Positions 36,447-49,845 of a stretch of 64,000 nucleotides of DNA are shown here, one piece after another. A program made the translations under genes and the position numbers. The notes under the pieces were generated by a model. The model was not told where the DNA came from. It did not search any database and saw nothing but the letters and a program-made list of their open reading frames with translations. Position 1 is the stretch's first letter, and the number at the start of each line of letters is the position of its first letter. Location of the stretch: assembly GCF_006345805.1 (NCBI RefSeq), contig NC_043013.1, forward strand, positions 42,470,001 through 42,534,000, given 5' to 3'. Source of the stretch: Octopus sinensis. Taxonomy: Eukaryota.

Positions 36447-36830
36447 ACTGTGGTGGTGTGGTAAGAAGTTTATTTCCCAACCACATGGTTGTAGGTTCAG
36501 TTCCCACTGTGTGGCATCTTAAGCAATGTCTTGTTCTATAGCTTCAGACTGACCAAGGCTTTGTATGTGGATTTGGTAGACAGGAACTTAAAGAAGAGTG
36601 TGTGTGTGTGTGCCTGTCTGTTTGCCCCCCTCCCCACTGCTTGGCAACCAGTATTGGTATGTTTATGTCCCCCTAAGCTTAGCAGTTCAGCAAAAGAGAC
36701 TGAGTACTAGACTTCAAAAAAAAAAAATAAATAAGTACTGGACTAAATTCATTGGAGTAAAAAAATGTTTCAAGGCAGTGCTCCAGCATGGCCGAAGTCT
36801 AATGACTGAAACAAATGATAAATGATAAGA
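36447..36830 (+). mobile_element. SINE family A, tail-to-tail with the next copy
   Basis: Family A sequence on +. Confidence 0.85.
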
Positions 36831-36835
36831 GTGTA

Positions 36836-37236
36836 CTCTTTTACTTGTTTCAGTCATTTGACTGTGGCCATGCTGGAGCATCGTCTTTAGTCGAGCAAAT
36901 CGACCCCAGGACTTATTCTTTGTAAGCTTAGTACTTACTATATTGGGCTCTTTTGCTGAACCGCTAAGTTACAGTTATGTAAACACACCAGCATCGGTTA
37001 TCAAGCGATGTTGGGGAGACAAACACAGCCACACAAACATATACACACACACATATATATATATATATACATATATACAACGGGCTTCTTTCAGTTTCCG
37101 TCTACCAAATCCACTTACAAGGCTTTAGTCGACACGAGTTTATAGTAGAAGACACTTGCCCAAAGTGCCACACTGTAGGACTGAACCCGGAATCATGTGG
37201 TTGGTAAACAAGCTACTTACCACACAGCCACTCCTG
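36836..37236 (-). mobile_element. SINE family A, full length
   Basis: Family A sequence on -, immediately adjacent to the + copy. Confidence 0.9.
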
Positions 37237-38047
37237 CTGGGTAAATTTTTTTTTTCATGTAACCAGTACGAAAGAGGTAGCCATAGCCATGACTTGACAT
37301 GACTAAAGGAACCTCCCAATTGACTTCCATGTGTGTACTCTCTTACCAACCTCTTTACATTTGCAGAGTGAGAGACACAAAGGATTAGATAAAAGCCTGA
37401 AGGGCCTGATTGCTAGTAATAAGTCGTACAAGTGAGAATGATAAGGGCATTCAGTATTCTGAGAAAAGCATGTACAGTCAAGGTAATGTGAGCATGTAAG
37501 CAACAGGATAGAACCATAACTGGAAGTGTGACCCAGCAGATGGTGAGGGCAGATGGAAGATGACTTATATATATATGCATAAATGTAGAATTTGGCATCA
37601 ATTGTCTGAGTTTAAAGGTCAAGAGGAAGTCATAAAACGAAATTGAATAAATTATATTACTACCAGACTGGATCTTAATATAATCAACTTTTATTTACTG
37701 AAACAGGAATGGTGATGTGGTTAAGAAGCTTGCTTCTCAACCATCTGATTTTGGGTTTGGTTCTACTAAGCAGCATCTTTGGCGAGTTGCCTTTTACTAA
37801 CCAAAACCTTATGGGTATTTTTGGTCAATGAGAACTAAAGTGAGCTTTGTGTGTGTGTGTAGTAAACATACATATATATATGTATGTATGTGTTTGTATT
37901 AACACAAACACACATATATTAGATATAGGTGTGGCTGGATGGTAAGAAGTTTGCTCCCAACTACATGGCTCTGGGTTCAATCCCACTGCATGGCACCTTT
38001 GGTGAGGGTTTTCTACTATAGCCTCAGGCCTACCAAAAGCCTTGTGG

Positions 38048-38233
38048 GCACTAGTGTAGCTAGAGTGTGTACTGCCTGGAGTAGCGCTTTTGTTTGCTGT
38101 CCCTGGATCCCACAAAAAAAGCACATATTGCCTACAACAGACCCAAAAGTCCCTCCCGGGGTAGGACACTCCTGCTGCCACCCACACCCCACCCCACCCT
38201 CAATCACCCACCCACCCCTAGCTACACTAATGC
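38048..38233. mobile_element. Small TIR element inserted in a SINE A; superfamily unassigned
   Basis: TIR GCACTAGTGTAGCTAG / CTAGCTACACTAATGC (15 of 16 match); TTGTG is repeated on both flanks. Confidence 0.7.
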
Positions 38234-38727
38234 TTGTGAGTGGATTTGGTAACTAAAAAAGCCCATCGTGTATGTATGTGTGTGTGTGTTTGTGTCTTTG
38301 AGTCAGTGTTTGTCCCCCACCCCCCTGCATGACAACCAGTTTTTGGTGTGTTTACAATGGTCAGATTTTAGAAACTAAGAGAAGCATGAAGTAAATTGTG
38401 TTTTGGGTTTGTTTTTCCTTCTTTTGTTTTTTTAAATGGTGGAACTCAAAGTAGATAAAGCATTGGTTGACCTAGAGTTATAGTAGAAGATACTTTCTTA
38501 AGGTGTCATGCAGCTGGATTGAACCCAAAACTATATGGTTGCAGAGTGAGATTCTTAACCGCACAGCCATGCCTGCATAAATGTTCAGAGTTAATTCAGG
38601 AAAGGTATGACTATCATAACCCCGTATTTCTTCCTCCTTTAAAAATATAGTTTTTTTTTTATCTTTCTTCAAGAATATATATATATAACGATGATGATGA
38701 TATATATATCATCATATATCATCATCA

Positions 38728-39330
38728 TCATCGTTTAACATCCGCTTTCCATGCTAGCATGGGTTGGACGATTTGACTGAGGACTGGCGAACCAGATGGC
38801 TGCACCAGGCTGCAATCTTTATCTGGCAGAGTTTCTAAAGCTGGATGCCCTTCCTAATGCCCACCACTCCAAGAGTGTAGTGGGTGCTTTTATGTGCCAC
38901 CAGCACAAGGGCCAGTCAGGTAGTACTGGCAATGGCCATGCTCAAATGGTGTTTTTTACGTGCCACTTGCACAGGAGCCAGTCCAGCGGCACTGGCAACA
39001 ACCTTGCTCAAATGTATTTTCACGTGCCACCAGCACAAGTGCTAGTAAGGCAACGCTGGTAATGATCACACTCAAACGGTGCTTTTTATGTGCCACCAGC
39101 ACAGAAGCCAGTTAGCCACTCAGGCAACGATCACGCTCGAATGGTGCTCTTAGCACTCCACTAGCACGGATGCCAATCATCGAATTTGATTTCAATTTCG
39201 ATTTCACTTGCCCCAACAGGTCTTCGCAAGCAGAGTTTAGTGTCCAATGAAAGAAAGGTACGCATAAGTGGGCTGGTTACACCCCTGGCATAGGCCACGA
39301 GGTTATGGACTCATTTGGCTTGCTGGGTCT
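38728..39330 (-). mobile_element. RTE LINE 3' UTR fragment with four ~65-bp tandem units
   Basis: Units start GTGCCAC at 38894, 38960, 39024 and 39090. The 39330 end resembles the post-ORF sequence of the 40637 LINE, and the other end is the shared GGACGTTAAACGATGATG-type tail. Confidence 0.7.
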
Positions 39331-40189
39331 TATATATAAAATATATAAACATGCAAGAATATATGAAACATAAAATAGCCACTTTTCAAGAGTTCCTTAT
39401 TGTTTAATACATCAAGAAAGTTGATACGAGACATTTTGGCAGGGTGGTTTTGGCATTGCTTGTGTGGCATCACTGATTCGATGGGGACGTATTTAACATC
39501 TCCCCTTTTGATGTTTCATTCTAAGGTTCCTCATGTTCTCTCTCTCACTCACTCTCCCTCCCTTCTCTCACTCGCTCTCCTTCCTTTCTCTCTACTCTTT
39601 CTCTCTGTGTGTGAGCATCTAGTTATGTTTGTATTTATAATGTCTCTCTCACTCTTCTTGTACGTGTATATTTCTACATGCGCTTGTGTTTGTGTGTGTG
39701 TGAGTGCCTCCAGTACCAAAAAGCACTGTCACCAAATCAGGTTGATTGTCCAGTCAACCATGCCAAATCTTCAGCATCAAAATAGTTCCACTCAGTCATC
39801 TCATTCCAACTAATGGCTATCTAACACAACTTCTATTGCTTAGCTCCGTCTGCATTCTCCCATCAGGAATGATATTCCTTCAAAGACATTCCTTTAAGTT
39901 TGATCTTAAGAGCGTTGTATTCTGCTTCCTTGATGTTCACATTTTTCATCTACATTTTATCAGTCACCCCTGGTGTCTTTCAGTTTCATGAGTGCTTTAC
40001 TGTTTTGTAATAGAAGAATTAGTAGAGTAGATTATTAGATGAGGTGGAAAGCAGACACCAAACAATGGATAGTGAACTGTGAGCTATTAATTTGATAGAT
40101 TTTTGGCTTTAAGGCTATAATCATAGAAAGTAATTATAGAAAACACAACATAACACATTAATTGATTAATCAATTCTCCCTCTCCTTCT

Positions 40190-40235
<46 letters not shown>

Positions 40236-40636
40236 TTCAAGTATATCTATCTTTCTATATATATATATATATTGTCACTCTGTAAATTCTGCCAGTTATT
40301 AATAAAAATGTATATAAACCCGTGTTTTGAGTTTTATTTTCCTGTTTGCATCACACAAACACACACGCACACACATACTTATATAACCTTGTCACTGATC
40401 AACATGTGCAACTGTTAATCCAAAGACGTTTTTTTCTCCCCACTTTTCTTTGTTTTTTTTTTCCCTCTCTCCATCTATTTTCTCTCCTCATTCCTTTGTG
40501 TAGAACATAGGCTAAAAACATCAAAATCTCTTTCATTTTTCCTGAGCATCAAACTAATACACCTTGTTTGTTATTTTTTTCACATGTATCTGTCTTTGTT
40601 CTTTGTACAATTTGGAACCAGATATATATATATATA

Positions 40637-41530
40637 GGTAGTAACTCTGTAAGATGCACTTGGTGTAAGCTTTGGATACATAAAAGGTGCAGCAATATCA
40701 GAGGAAAGTTAACAGGGAAAATAGCTTTTGTGTGTGAGGTAGATGCACAGTTACAACAAACACCAAAATTGTACGGAAAATAAACTCCATCAACTGCCAT
40801 AGGTATAAGCTAGAGGTAGTAGATAGCTTCCGTTACCTCGGTGATCAAGTTAGTAGTGGAGGTGGCTGCTCCAAGAGCATAGCTGTCAGGATAAGATTAG
40901 GATGGGCAAAGTTTAGAGACATCCTGCCACTGCTGGCAACAAAGGGCCTCCCTGTCAGAGTGAAAGGCAGATTGTATGATGCCTGTGTGCTAACAGCTAT
41001 GCTACGTGATGGTGAAACATGGGCTGTGACAGCCAAGGACATGCATAAGCTTGAAAGAAATGAAGCCAGTATGCTTCGCCGGATGTGTAATGTCATTGTG
41101 CATGTTTGGCAGAGTGTAAGCATCTCTAGAGAATGCACTGGTATTGTCTTGTGATTCTTATGGATGAGGACAACTGTGTAAAGAAGTGCCGATCCCTGAC
41201 TGTGGAGGGAACCTGTGGTAGAGGTAGACCCAGGAAAACATGGGACGAGGTGATGACGCATGTTCTCCAAACTTTGGGCCTCACAGAGGCAATGACCGAG
41301 ATCTTTGGCATTATGTCATGCTTGAGAAGTAGACCCATCAAGCCAAATAAAACTGAAGTCACAGCAGGTGTCATGCAAGTGGCACCCATGCATGTGGCAC
41401 ATAAAAGCACTCATTACATTCTCAGAGTGGTTGGTGTTAGGAAGGACATCCAGCCATAGAAACCATACTAAATCAAACAGGAGTCTGGTGCAGCCTCCCA
41501 GCTTGCCAGCATGGACAATGGATGTTAAAT
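40637..41530 (+). mobile_element. 5'-truncated RTE LINE (PHD-like finger, RT C-terminus, 3' UTR, (GAT)n/(TA)n tail)
   Basis: SNSVRCTWCKLWIHKRCSNIRGKLTGKIAFVC; KLEVVDSFRYLGDQVSSGGGCSKSIAVRIRLGWAKFRDILPLL; KGRLYDACVLTAML..GETWA; VEGTCGRGRPRKTWDEV. Confidence 0.9.
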
Positions 41531-41532
41531 GA

Positions 41533-41588
<56 letters not shown>

Positions 41589-42782
41589 AGCTTCTTTTCA
41601 GTTTCTGTCTACCATATCCACTCACAAGGCTTCGATCAGTCCAAGGCTGGGGCACAAGTCCAGGTTGTTTATGGAAGACCACCCATGCATACCAGTCTCC
41701 CCTCTCTACCCTACCAATGTTGCCCAAAGGTAAGGCAAAGGCTGATACAGCTTGGCACCAGTGATGTCACAACTCATTTCTACAGCTGAGTGAACTGGGG
41801 CAAAGTGAAATAAAGTGTCTTGCTCAAGAGAACACAACACAGTCTGGTCCAGGAATTGAACTCAGAACCTCACGATTACAAGACCAATGTTCTAACTACT
41901 GAGCCATGCATCTTCACTATGGATTATCACTATGCGTTTTGCCATCTATACAAGCTATGTACATACTTTCTGCTTACAAACTTCCTGTACCAAAATCTTT
42001 TCAGACCACACTACTTTATATATATAAAGTACAGGTGTGGCTATGTGGTAAGAAATTTGCTTACCAACCACTTGATTCCAAATTCTGTTCTGTTGTACTG
42101 CACCTTGGGTATGTGTCTTCTACTGTAGCTCCAGGTTGACCAAAGCCTGGTGAGTAAATTTGGTACACGAAAATTGAAAGAAATCTCTCTGTGTGCATGT
42201 TTTTATCTCTTTGTTTTAACATATTAATTTTGATCATCAAGGTATTGGTCTGTGTGTATGTAGGTACTTGAGTGTGTGTGTGTGCATGTATGATAGAAAG
42301 AGAGAGCATCTAATCACCATAAATAAACTTCCTTGTTAATTCCACAAGTTTGAGTATTGGATCAGTAAACAAGTGGTTAAAGAAATCTAATTCTCGTCAG
42401 AATCTCTTCACTGCTAATTGAAAAGGAACTTTTTAACCCTCAAATTATTACCCAGTAATTTCTAAACTCGCTCACACGTTACAGAGATGGTAACTGTCAA
42501 AGTTGGTTCAGCGCTTCATAATCTTTCATTTTTTAATCCCACATACTTCTGTATAGGTGACACTAGCCTTTGTCCTTCCATAACCTTTCACATGCAACTA
42601 GCTTCTAAATTGCAAACCTGTTTCTACTAGAATATGAAGAGAAGGATAGGGGACAGGAAGGGATACTTTCTCCACACATCTAAGAAGGAATGAATGTTAA
42701 AACAAAACAAAAAATAAATGAAGAAACTCACTTTTTCATCTTTTTTCTGTATTCCTCTTTTTTATTTTCCTCCTCCCTCCTC

Positions 42783-42792
42783 ATTATTATTA

Positions 42793-42827
<35 letters not shown>

Positions 42828-43318
42828 GAGTGAGAGAGCAATGCATGCCATCAAAGTGACATGAGGTACAAATATATGGAGCCCAGTATACTCATCATAA
42901 CTACGTCTGATAAGAGTGCACTAGACACGTGCATCACAACCACATGTGCACAATGTAGTGATCTCATATCAAGATAAAAAGATCATAACTTTGCACATGG
43001 AACCCAGTTGGGATAGGTCCCTGAATAAGGTAATGAAACACCTATGTTTCTGTAGGTGAATTATTCAAAACCCAAAGAATTCCTCTCAACACATGGCTGT
43101 GATGCTTCCCCACAGTTCCTGCTTGTGATCAGAGGTGCACATATCATCAGCCACTAAGACACATGCTCAACTGGTGAAGGTCAAGCAACGGACAAACAAA
43201 TCTGTGGTATAGAGCAGAATATTTGCTGTAACCCATGTTTTAATGCAAGACAAAACAATGTACATGATAACACTTCCAATCAGTTAAGATCAGAAGTCAT
43301 GAGAGCCACTGCCTGGAA
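42783..43318 (-). mobile_element. Unclassified retroposon-like interspersed repeat with a (TAA)n tail
   Basis: About 490 bp of non-coding sequence abutting an (ATT)n tract at 42783-42828. Recalled as a common octopus repeat; no second copy in this window. Confidence 0.35.
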
Positions 43319-43371
43319 TTTCTTCTTCTTATTGTTGTTGTTGTTTATTTGTTATATTTATTTATTAATAA

Positions 43372-43815
43372 GTGGTGAGCTCTCAGAACCTTTAGCATGC
43401 CAGGCGAAATGCATGTTGGCATTTTGTCTGTCTTTTACATTCTGAGTTCAAATTCCGCTGGGGTTAACTTTCCCTTTCATCCTTTTGGGGTTGAGAAAAT
43501 AAGTATCAGTTGAGCACACTGGGGTCAATGTAATCGACTCCCCTCTTCCCCAGAATTGCTGGCCCAGTGCGAAAATTGGAAATCATTATTAGTATATTTT
43601 TAAGGCAATGAGCTGGCAGAATCGTTAGCACACTGGGTGAAATGCTTAACGGTATTTTGTCTGTCTTCACGTTCTGAGTTCAAATGCCACTGGGGTTGAC
43701 TTTGCCTTTCATCTTTCAGGGTCAATAAATTAAGAACCAGTTTTACACTGGGGTCAATGTAATCGACTGCTCCTCTTCCACCAAATATCAGGCTTTGTGC
43801 TTATAGTAGAAAGGA
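43372..43815 (+). mobile_element. Two tandem SINE family B monomers
   Basis: Heads at about 43372 and 43603, each with GAGTTCAAAT B box and CACTGGGGTCAATGTAATCGAC. Confidence 0.85.
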
Positions 43816-45014
43816 TTGTTATTATTATCATTATTATTATTATTATTATTGATTTTCTTTGATTATACACCCAACCAATTATCTAAGGTTTCTCTATAAG
43901 TGTTGGAGGAGGGAGATGGCATTGTCATTTGAATTGATGTTCAGTATATAACTAGTAATTATTTTACTTAGCCTTTAAAAGGATGGAAGAGAAAAATTGA
44001 CCTCACCACCACCACCACCGCCACCAATGCCCATGTACCAGCAGTGGGCGGATGCAGACAAAATTAAATTCTGCACTAGACTTGTATATCAGCGCTGTCT
44101 TCAATGTTCTCAGTAAATTAATGATATTTAAGATAATTACTAAATTAGGATGATTATGTTATTCTAATTATCATCCTCATCTACATCATTGTGCCCTTCG
44201 CCACCACCACCACATTCTTCTGCAACTATTTCAGTACCTGCTCCCTTCCTATCATTCCTCCTCTTCCTGCTCCTCCCCATCATTCCTCCTCTTTCTGCTC
44301 CTCCCATCTTTTACTTTACTTCTTCTTCTTCTTCTCAAACCTCCTCTTTCTTATGTCAGTGATATCAGTGCTGCCACCTACACAGTCATGGACAATTGAG
44401 CACTGCATTTTATTTTCATTTATTTTTTTTTTTCTTTGCTTGTTGATATTGAAGTTGTAGTCATTGGACTGCAGCCATACTGGAGCACCACCTTCAGATG
44501 GTTATAGTCGAACGAATCATCATCATCATCATGTGTAACTGTAGTTAAGAAGTTTGCTTCTCAGCGTCATTTCACTTTCAGTGCCACTGCCTGGCGCCTT
44601 CTTCTCATTACATTCTTTCCGTCAGGGTTTTCTAAATTCCTTGACCAAGTCCAGATATTTCTTAGTCTTCATTCTTTCTTTTTGTCTTTTACATCAACTC
44701 TACCATCACATGGTGTTTTGTGTGTGTGTGTGTTTCTTTTTCTCTATTATGATTGTATTTGGTCTCCTAGATTCTGGGTTCATATCCATCTTGATCTCGA
44801 ATTTCCACACTTTATAGCACCTTTGTTCTAGAAAACATATATATATATATCAATTTCATGCATGTGTGTGTGTCTGTGTGCAGATAACCATGAAACTGCA
44901 CAATACATAGTTGTTGTTAAGTGTGCACATTCTCTTACCTATATGCCCATATGTCTGTAGCTAACTGTACAATTATAGTTAAACGCACACACACATGTAT
45001 ATATAACATATATT

Positions 45015-45370
45015 CTCTTTTACATCATGTGACTGTGACCATACTGGAGCACCGCCTTTAGTCGAGCAAATCAACCCCAGGACTTATTCTTTGGAAGCCT
45101 AGTACTTATTCTATTGGTCTCTTTTGCCGAACTGCTAAGTTACCAGCATCGATTGTCAAGTGATGTTGGGGAGACAAACATATACATACACATACATATA
45201 TAAACGTATAAACGATTGGCTTTTTTCAGTTTCTGTCTACCAAATCCACTCACAAGGCTTTGGTCGGCCCGAGGCTATAGTAGAAGATACTTGCCCAAGG
45301 TGCCACGCAGTAGGACTGAACCTGGAACCATGTGGTTTGTAAGCAAGCTACTTACCATACAGCCACTCCT
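45015..45370 (-). mobile_element. SINE family A
   Basis: Family A sequence on - with a small internal deletion. Confidence 0.88.
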
Positions 45371-46348
45371 ATATATATATATATATGACAAGAAAAAATT
45401 TTTTTGATTCTTTTTATGGAAACAAAATCGGTTTATAGGACTGCAGAAAGAAGTGCTCAAATGAAATTGAGACAGAGATAAAGAACATTGATTGGAGAAC
45501 AAACATCGAATTCAGGTCAACGACTTTCTATAATACCACGCTTCCATACATTTCATCATATATTAACATTACCCAACATATAAAAGGAATATATATATAT
45601 AAAAATACAGAAGGTAAAAAAATATATATGCACATATAAAAAACAAAATATATAGAAATATACAAAATATATAGATGTGCACATATAAAATACAAAATAT
45701 ATAGAATTATATATAAGAAAAGGTATATACAAATCAACTAAAATAGGTAATCAAAATGAATTACTAAAACATGTCAATCAACTAAAACATTTTTTTTTTA
45801 CTCCTTAATTAATAATATATGAAAATAGTTCGTTTTTTTTTTTTAGATATATATATGCTCACACACATATATATACATATATGCACACACCCACATACAT
45901 ATAAACACATGTACACATATATATATATACACACACATGTATATATATATGCTTGCAATAATAGTATATACACAGCCATGTAAAAGTGCATCTGCACTGA
46001 TTAGTTGTTATTGTGATGTATCGCTATTAGAATGCCATCTAAACTCATGTCACAGCAATAGCATCCAGTCCAGTTGCATGACACAGTAATAACATCTAGT
46101 TTCATGTTACAGTGGTGCCATCTAGTATGCAGCTCTGAAGCTATCCATTCTCGTGACACACTGATACATTATCATTTAATACAGTAACACACCCTCGTAT
46201 CACACTGAAGCTATCCAGTCTCCTATAATAATAAGTTTAACATTGCTTACTATGCATGTCTGTGTGTGTGTGTAGGGAGAGTGAGAGATTGTGGTGTTAT
46301 GGTAGTTGTAGTTTTCATGGTATTCTGTGAAATTAATGTACGTTTATA

Positions 46349-47026
46349 TTGGGTCATCCTATAAATAATGCGTTTTTTTCAATTGCATGAAATAAAAGTC
46401 AGAAGGGGACAGGATAAACTACCTGCATCAACTTGCTATAAAAGCAGGTAGTAATTTTAACTTGTCCTTATTCTTAGTGCAAGTTTTGAAGAATGCAGTT
46501 CGATTTTGGCGGTTATTTTTTCAAAGCTATAATGGAAGTGACAAAGGAGCATATTTGGTGTATTTTGCTTTATGAGTTCAATAAAGGCAACAATGCAATG
46601 GAAAGTGCAAGGAATATTAATGCAGTACATGGGGATTGGATAATAAGCATAAGCCAGTGTCAACGGTGGTTTGTAGCCAGAAACTACAGCTTAGAAGATG
46701 AGCCTCATCCTGGAAGATCTGTAGAGCTCAACAAGGATGTCCTGCAAACCCTGGTGGAACAAAATCCCATTGTAACTGTTGAGGAACTAGCAGAAAAGCT
46801 TGAATTTGGTCATTCAACAATTCGTTGACACCTGCATGCCATCAGAAAAGTCAGCAAATAGAGTCAGTGGGTTCCTCACAAACTTTCTGTCTAATCACAT
46901 GCAGAGAGCGAATGTATAATCTTTTTGCTGTCATGTCTCACAAATGAACCTTTTTCGGACCGAATAGTGACTGGTAACAAGAAATGGGTTCTCTATAGAA
47001 ATGTCAAATGCCAATGACAGTGGGTT
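46349..47026 (+). mobile_element. mariner (DD34D-type) transposon, 5' half with left TIR; transposase pseudogene from ATG 46532
   Basis: TA|TTGGGTCATCCTATAAATAATGCG terminus; MEVTKEHIWCILLYEFNKGNNAMESARNINAVHG...QCQRWF...SLEDEPHPGRS...QWVPHKL...RIVTGNKKWVLY (HTH, GRP-like, WVPHEL and VTGDEKW motifs), with stop codons. Confidence 0.9.
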
Positions 47027-47040
47027 TCTTTTCTTTTTTC

Positions 47041-47075
47041 CTTTTTGACAAAGAGCTATGCTCAAAACATCGAAA
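47041..47075 (+). ncRNA. CpG-decayed hammerhead-like motif of the same family as 22744 and 22990
   Basis: CTTT-TTGACAA-A-GAGC-TAT-GCTC-AAAA-C-AT-C-GAAA. Reverting CpG>CpA at three sites and one T>C restores CTGACGA-A-GAGC...GCTC-GAAACGTC. The downstream sequence resembles unit 2. Confidence 0.45.
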
Positions 47076-48002
47076 ACTCTCTTATTTTACTGAGTGTCAA
47101 AATAATACATTCCTTGTGTACATCTTCTTGTTATCGTTAATTTTACTGTTCGTTATTTGATTTTACTATGTGTGTGTGTGTATGTGTGTATGTATGTATG
47201 CATGCATATCATGCGCCTGACCAGACTGTCAGATGTTGTTACACATCACTGGTCACAACGTGCTTTGCGTCATTTTAGCCTTCAAAAGATGCCACCCCAC
47301 TGGCTAGGTGAGCAGGCTAACACCCCTCCTCCCGATTGAAAGGATCACTGGACCAATGTATGAAGCATTTTGCTCAAAAACACAACATACTGTCTCATCT
47401 GAGAATTGAACCCACAGTCTAGTGATGGTGAATGTAACACCCTAACCACTAGGCCATGTACCTTCACACATGCGAGTGTGTGTATCTGTGTGTGTCAATT
47501 TGTGTCAGAAGTAGCTCAATGCTGTAAATATTATCGATATTGCATACATAATGAATGTGTTATACAGCGAAACACTGTATAACTGCTGTATTACATCTTG
47601 GAGAGACTCCTTTCAGCCTTTAGTATTTAAACTGGCCTTATCCGGCCCAAATATTCTACCTGTTTTGTATTCAAACCAGCTAGATCTGGCCTCTCATACC
47701 AACCCTACAATGTCATTGTAGTTCAGCAAAATACACTGGTAGAATAAGTACTAGGCTTAAAAATAGGGGTGGGGAAGTATTGGGGGCCAATTCATTCAAC
47801 TAAAAATTTTTCACAGCAGTGCCCCAGCATGGCCACATGACTGAAACAGGTAAAAACAAAAAAAGACATGGAAAATTTCACGATCACTAATGAAGCCAAA
47901 TATGAACAGGGTTGAGAGAAAGTCTCTGTTAATTGTTTCAGTTAATGTCTGGAATCAGTTACTTGAGATATTCTGATATCTCACAACGGATTCGATATTT
48001 AT

Positions 48003-48240
48003 TTCTTTATTGCTCACAGGGGGAGGGGGGCTAAACATAGAGGGGTACAAACAAAGACAGACAAAGGGATTAAGTCGATTACATCGACCCCAGTGCATAA
48101 CTGGTACTTATTTAATTGACCTCGAAAAGATGAAAGCAAAGCTGACCTCAGCGGAATTTGAACTCAGAACATTAACAGCAGACGAAATACCGCTAAGCAT
48201 TTCCCCCCAGCGTGCTAATGATTCTGCCAGCTCACTGCTC
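48003..48240 (-). mobile_element. SINE family B, near full length
   Basis: Reverse complement of the family B monomer. Confidence 0.85.
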
Positions 48241-49454
48241 TTATCTAACAATGGGTAGATATTGGACTGATGACCTGTCAATAGATCAAAAGATTGAGTG
48301 AGTTCATATCTGTGTCATACAGTTCATTGTATTTCTGGGCAGAATATTTGTTTTTAATTTGATAGTTTCCATCTACCAAATCCACTTACAAGGCTTTGGT
48401 TTGCCCCATTGCTATATAGTAGAAGACACCTACCCAAGGTGCCACACAGTAGGACTGATCCCAGAACCATGTGGTTTGGAAGTAAACTTCTTAACACACA
48501 GCCACATCTGTGCCAGAGTTTAGTAAAATAACTTTGGTGTTTGAAACATGGATTAACATGAAATTTTGATGGCGGCTTTTTATTTAGATTCGCTTTAAAA
48601 CAGGAAGTTTGCATCATAGAACCAGGAGCAGTCTTTAGCAGGCTGTTTTCAAAAGGATTAATTAGAAACTATAAGGGAACTTGGTCTAAACAAGGCCTTA
48701 AAACAAAACGAAATTTCATGAAACCATTTTTATGGTATCTGAAAGATTTAGCACTGTAAGACTTTTCAAACACAGTTTTATGATATTTTTAAACCTTTCA
48801 CAGCAAAATTTTATTTCAAGGTTATTCTAGTAATGATATTGAATGTCTACCAAAATATATATATATAAAAAAAAAAAAAAAAAAAACAGTATTTTCTGCA
48901 ACTCATGTTGCTTCAGTAAATTTGACATATCTCAACAGAAAATAGTTTCAAACTTGACATTCCTCTACAAAAGATAAAATAGTACCACCAGATCATTAGC
49001 AACAGTAGTTTTGTACATTACCCCTCTATATTAGCATTTTCTAACTGATGTTCCCAGGAACCTGAGACTTCTGTAAAAGTGCACTAGGGGTTTCTCCGCA
49101 AATAATGCTGGTTAAGCTAATTATGTAAACAATTATATATGTACCAAAAAGTGGAATTAGTATTTTCTGCAAGTCACATTGGTATATCTCAACTTGGCAT
49201 ATCTCAACAGTTTCAAACATGACATTCCTCAACAAAAGATAAAATTGTATATAAAGCTGCTTTCTGCAGTTAAGAGTAATGAAAGTTTGGGTGTGTATAT
49301 CTGGTTTCCGCAGTAAAACGGTTAAGCTCTTCGTGAAGTTTAACTTTATGAGAGAATAAAAAAAGAATGTATAATTTTATGTCAGGGTGCCCTCAGACTT
49401 GGAATTTATTTTGAAAGTTCCTCAAATGTAAAAAGTTGAGAAACTACGTTATAT

Positions 49455-49845
49455 AGGCGCAGGAGTGGCTGTGTGGTAAGTAGCTTGCTAACCAACCACA
49501 TAGTTCTAGGTTCAGTCCCACTGCGTGGCATCTTGGGCAAGTGTCTTCTGCTATAGCCCCGGGCCGACCAATGCCTTGTGAGTGGATTTGGTAGACGGAA
49601 ACTGAAAGAAGCCTGTTGTATATATGTATATATATATATGCGTGTGTGTTTGTGTGTCTCCCCCTAGCATTGCTTGACAACCAATGCTGGTGTGTTTACG
49701 TCCCCGTCACTTAGTGGTTCGGCAAAAAGAGACCGATAGAATAAGTACTAGGCTTACAAAGAATAAGTCCCTGGGTCGATTTGCTCGACTAAAGGCAGTG
49801 CTCCAGCATGGCCGCAGTCAAATGACTGAAACAAGTTAAAGAAAG
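49455..49845 (+). mobile_element. SINE family A, full length
   Basis: GGCGCAGGAGTGGCTGTGTGG...TGACTGAAACAAG. Confidence 0.92.
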
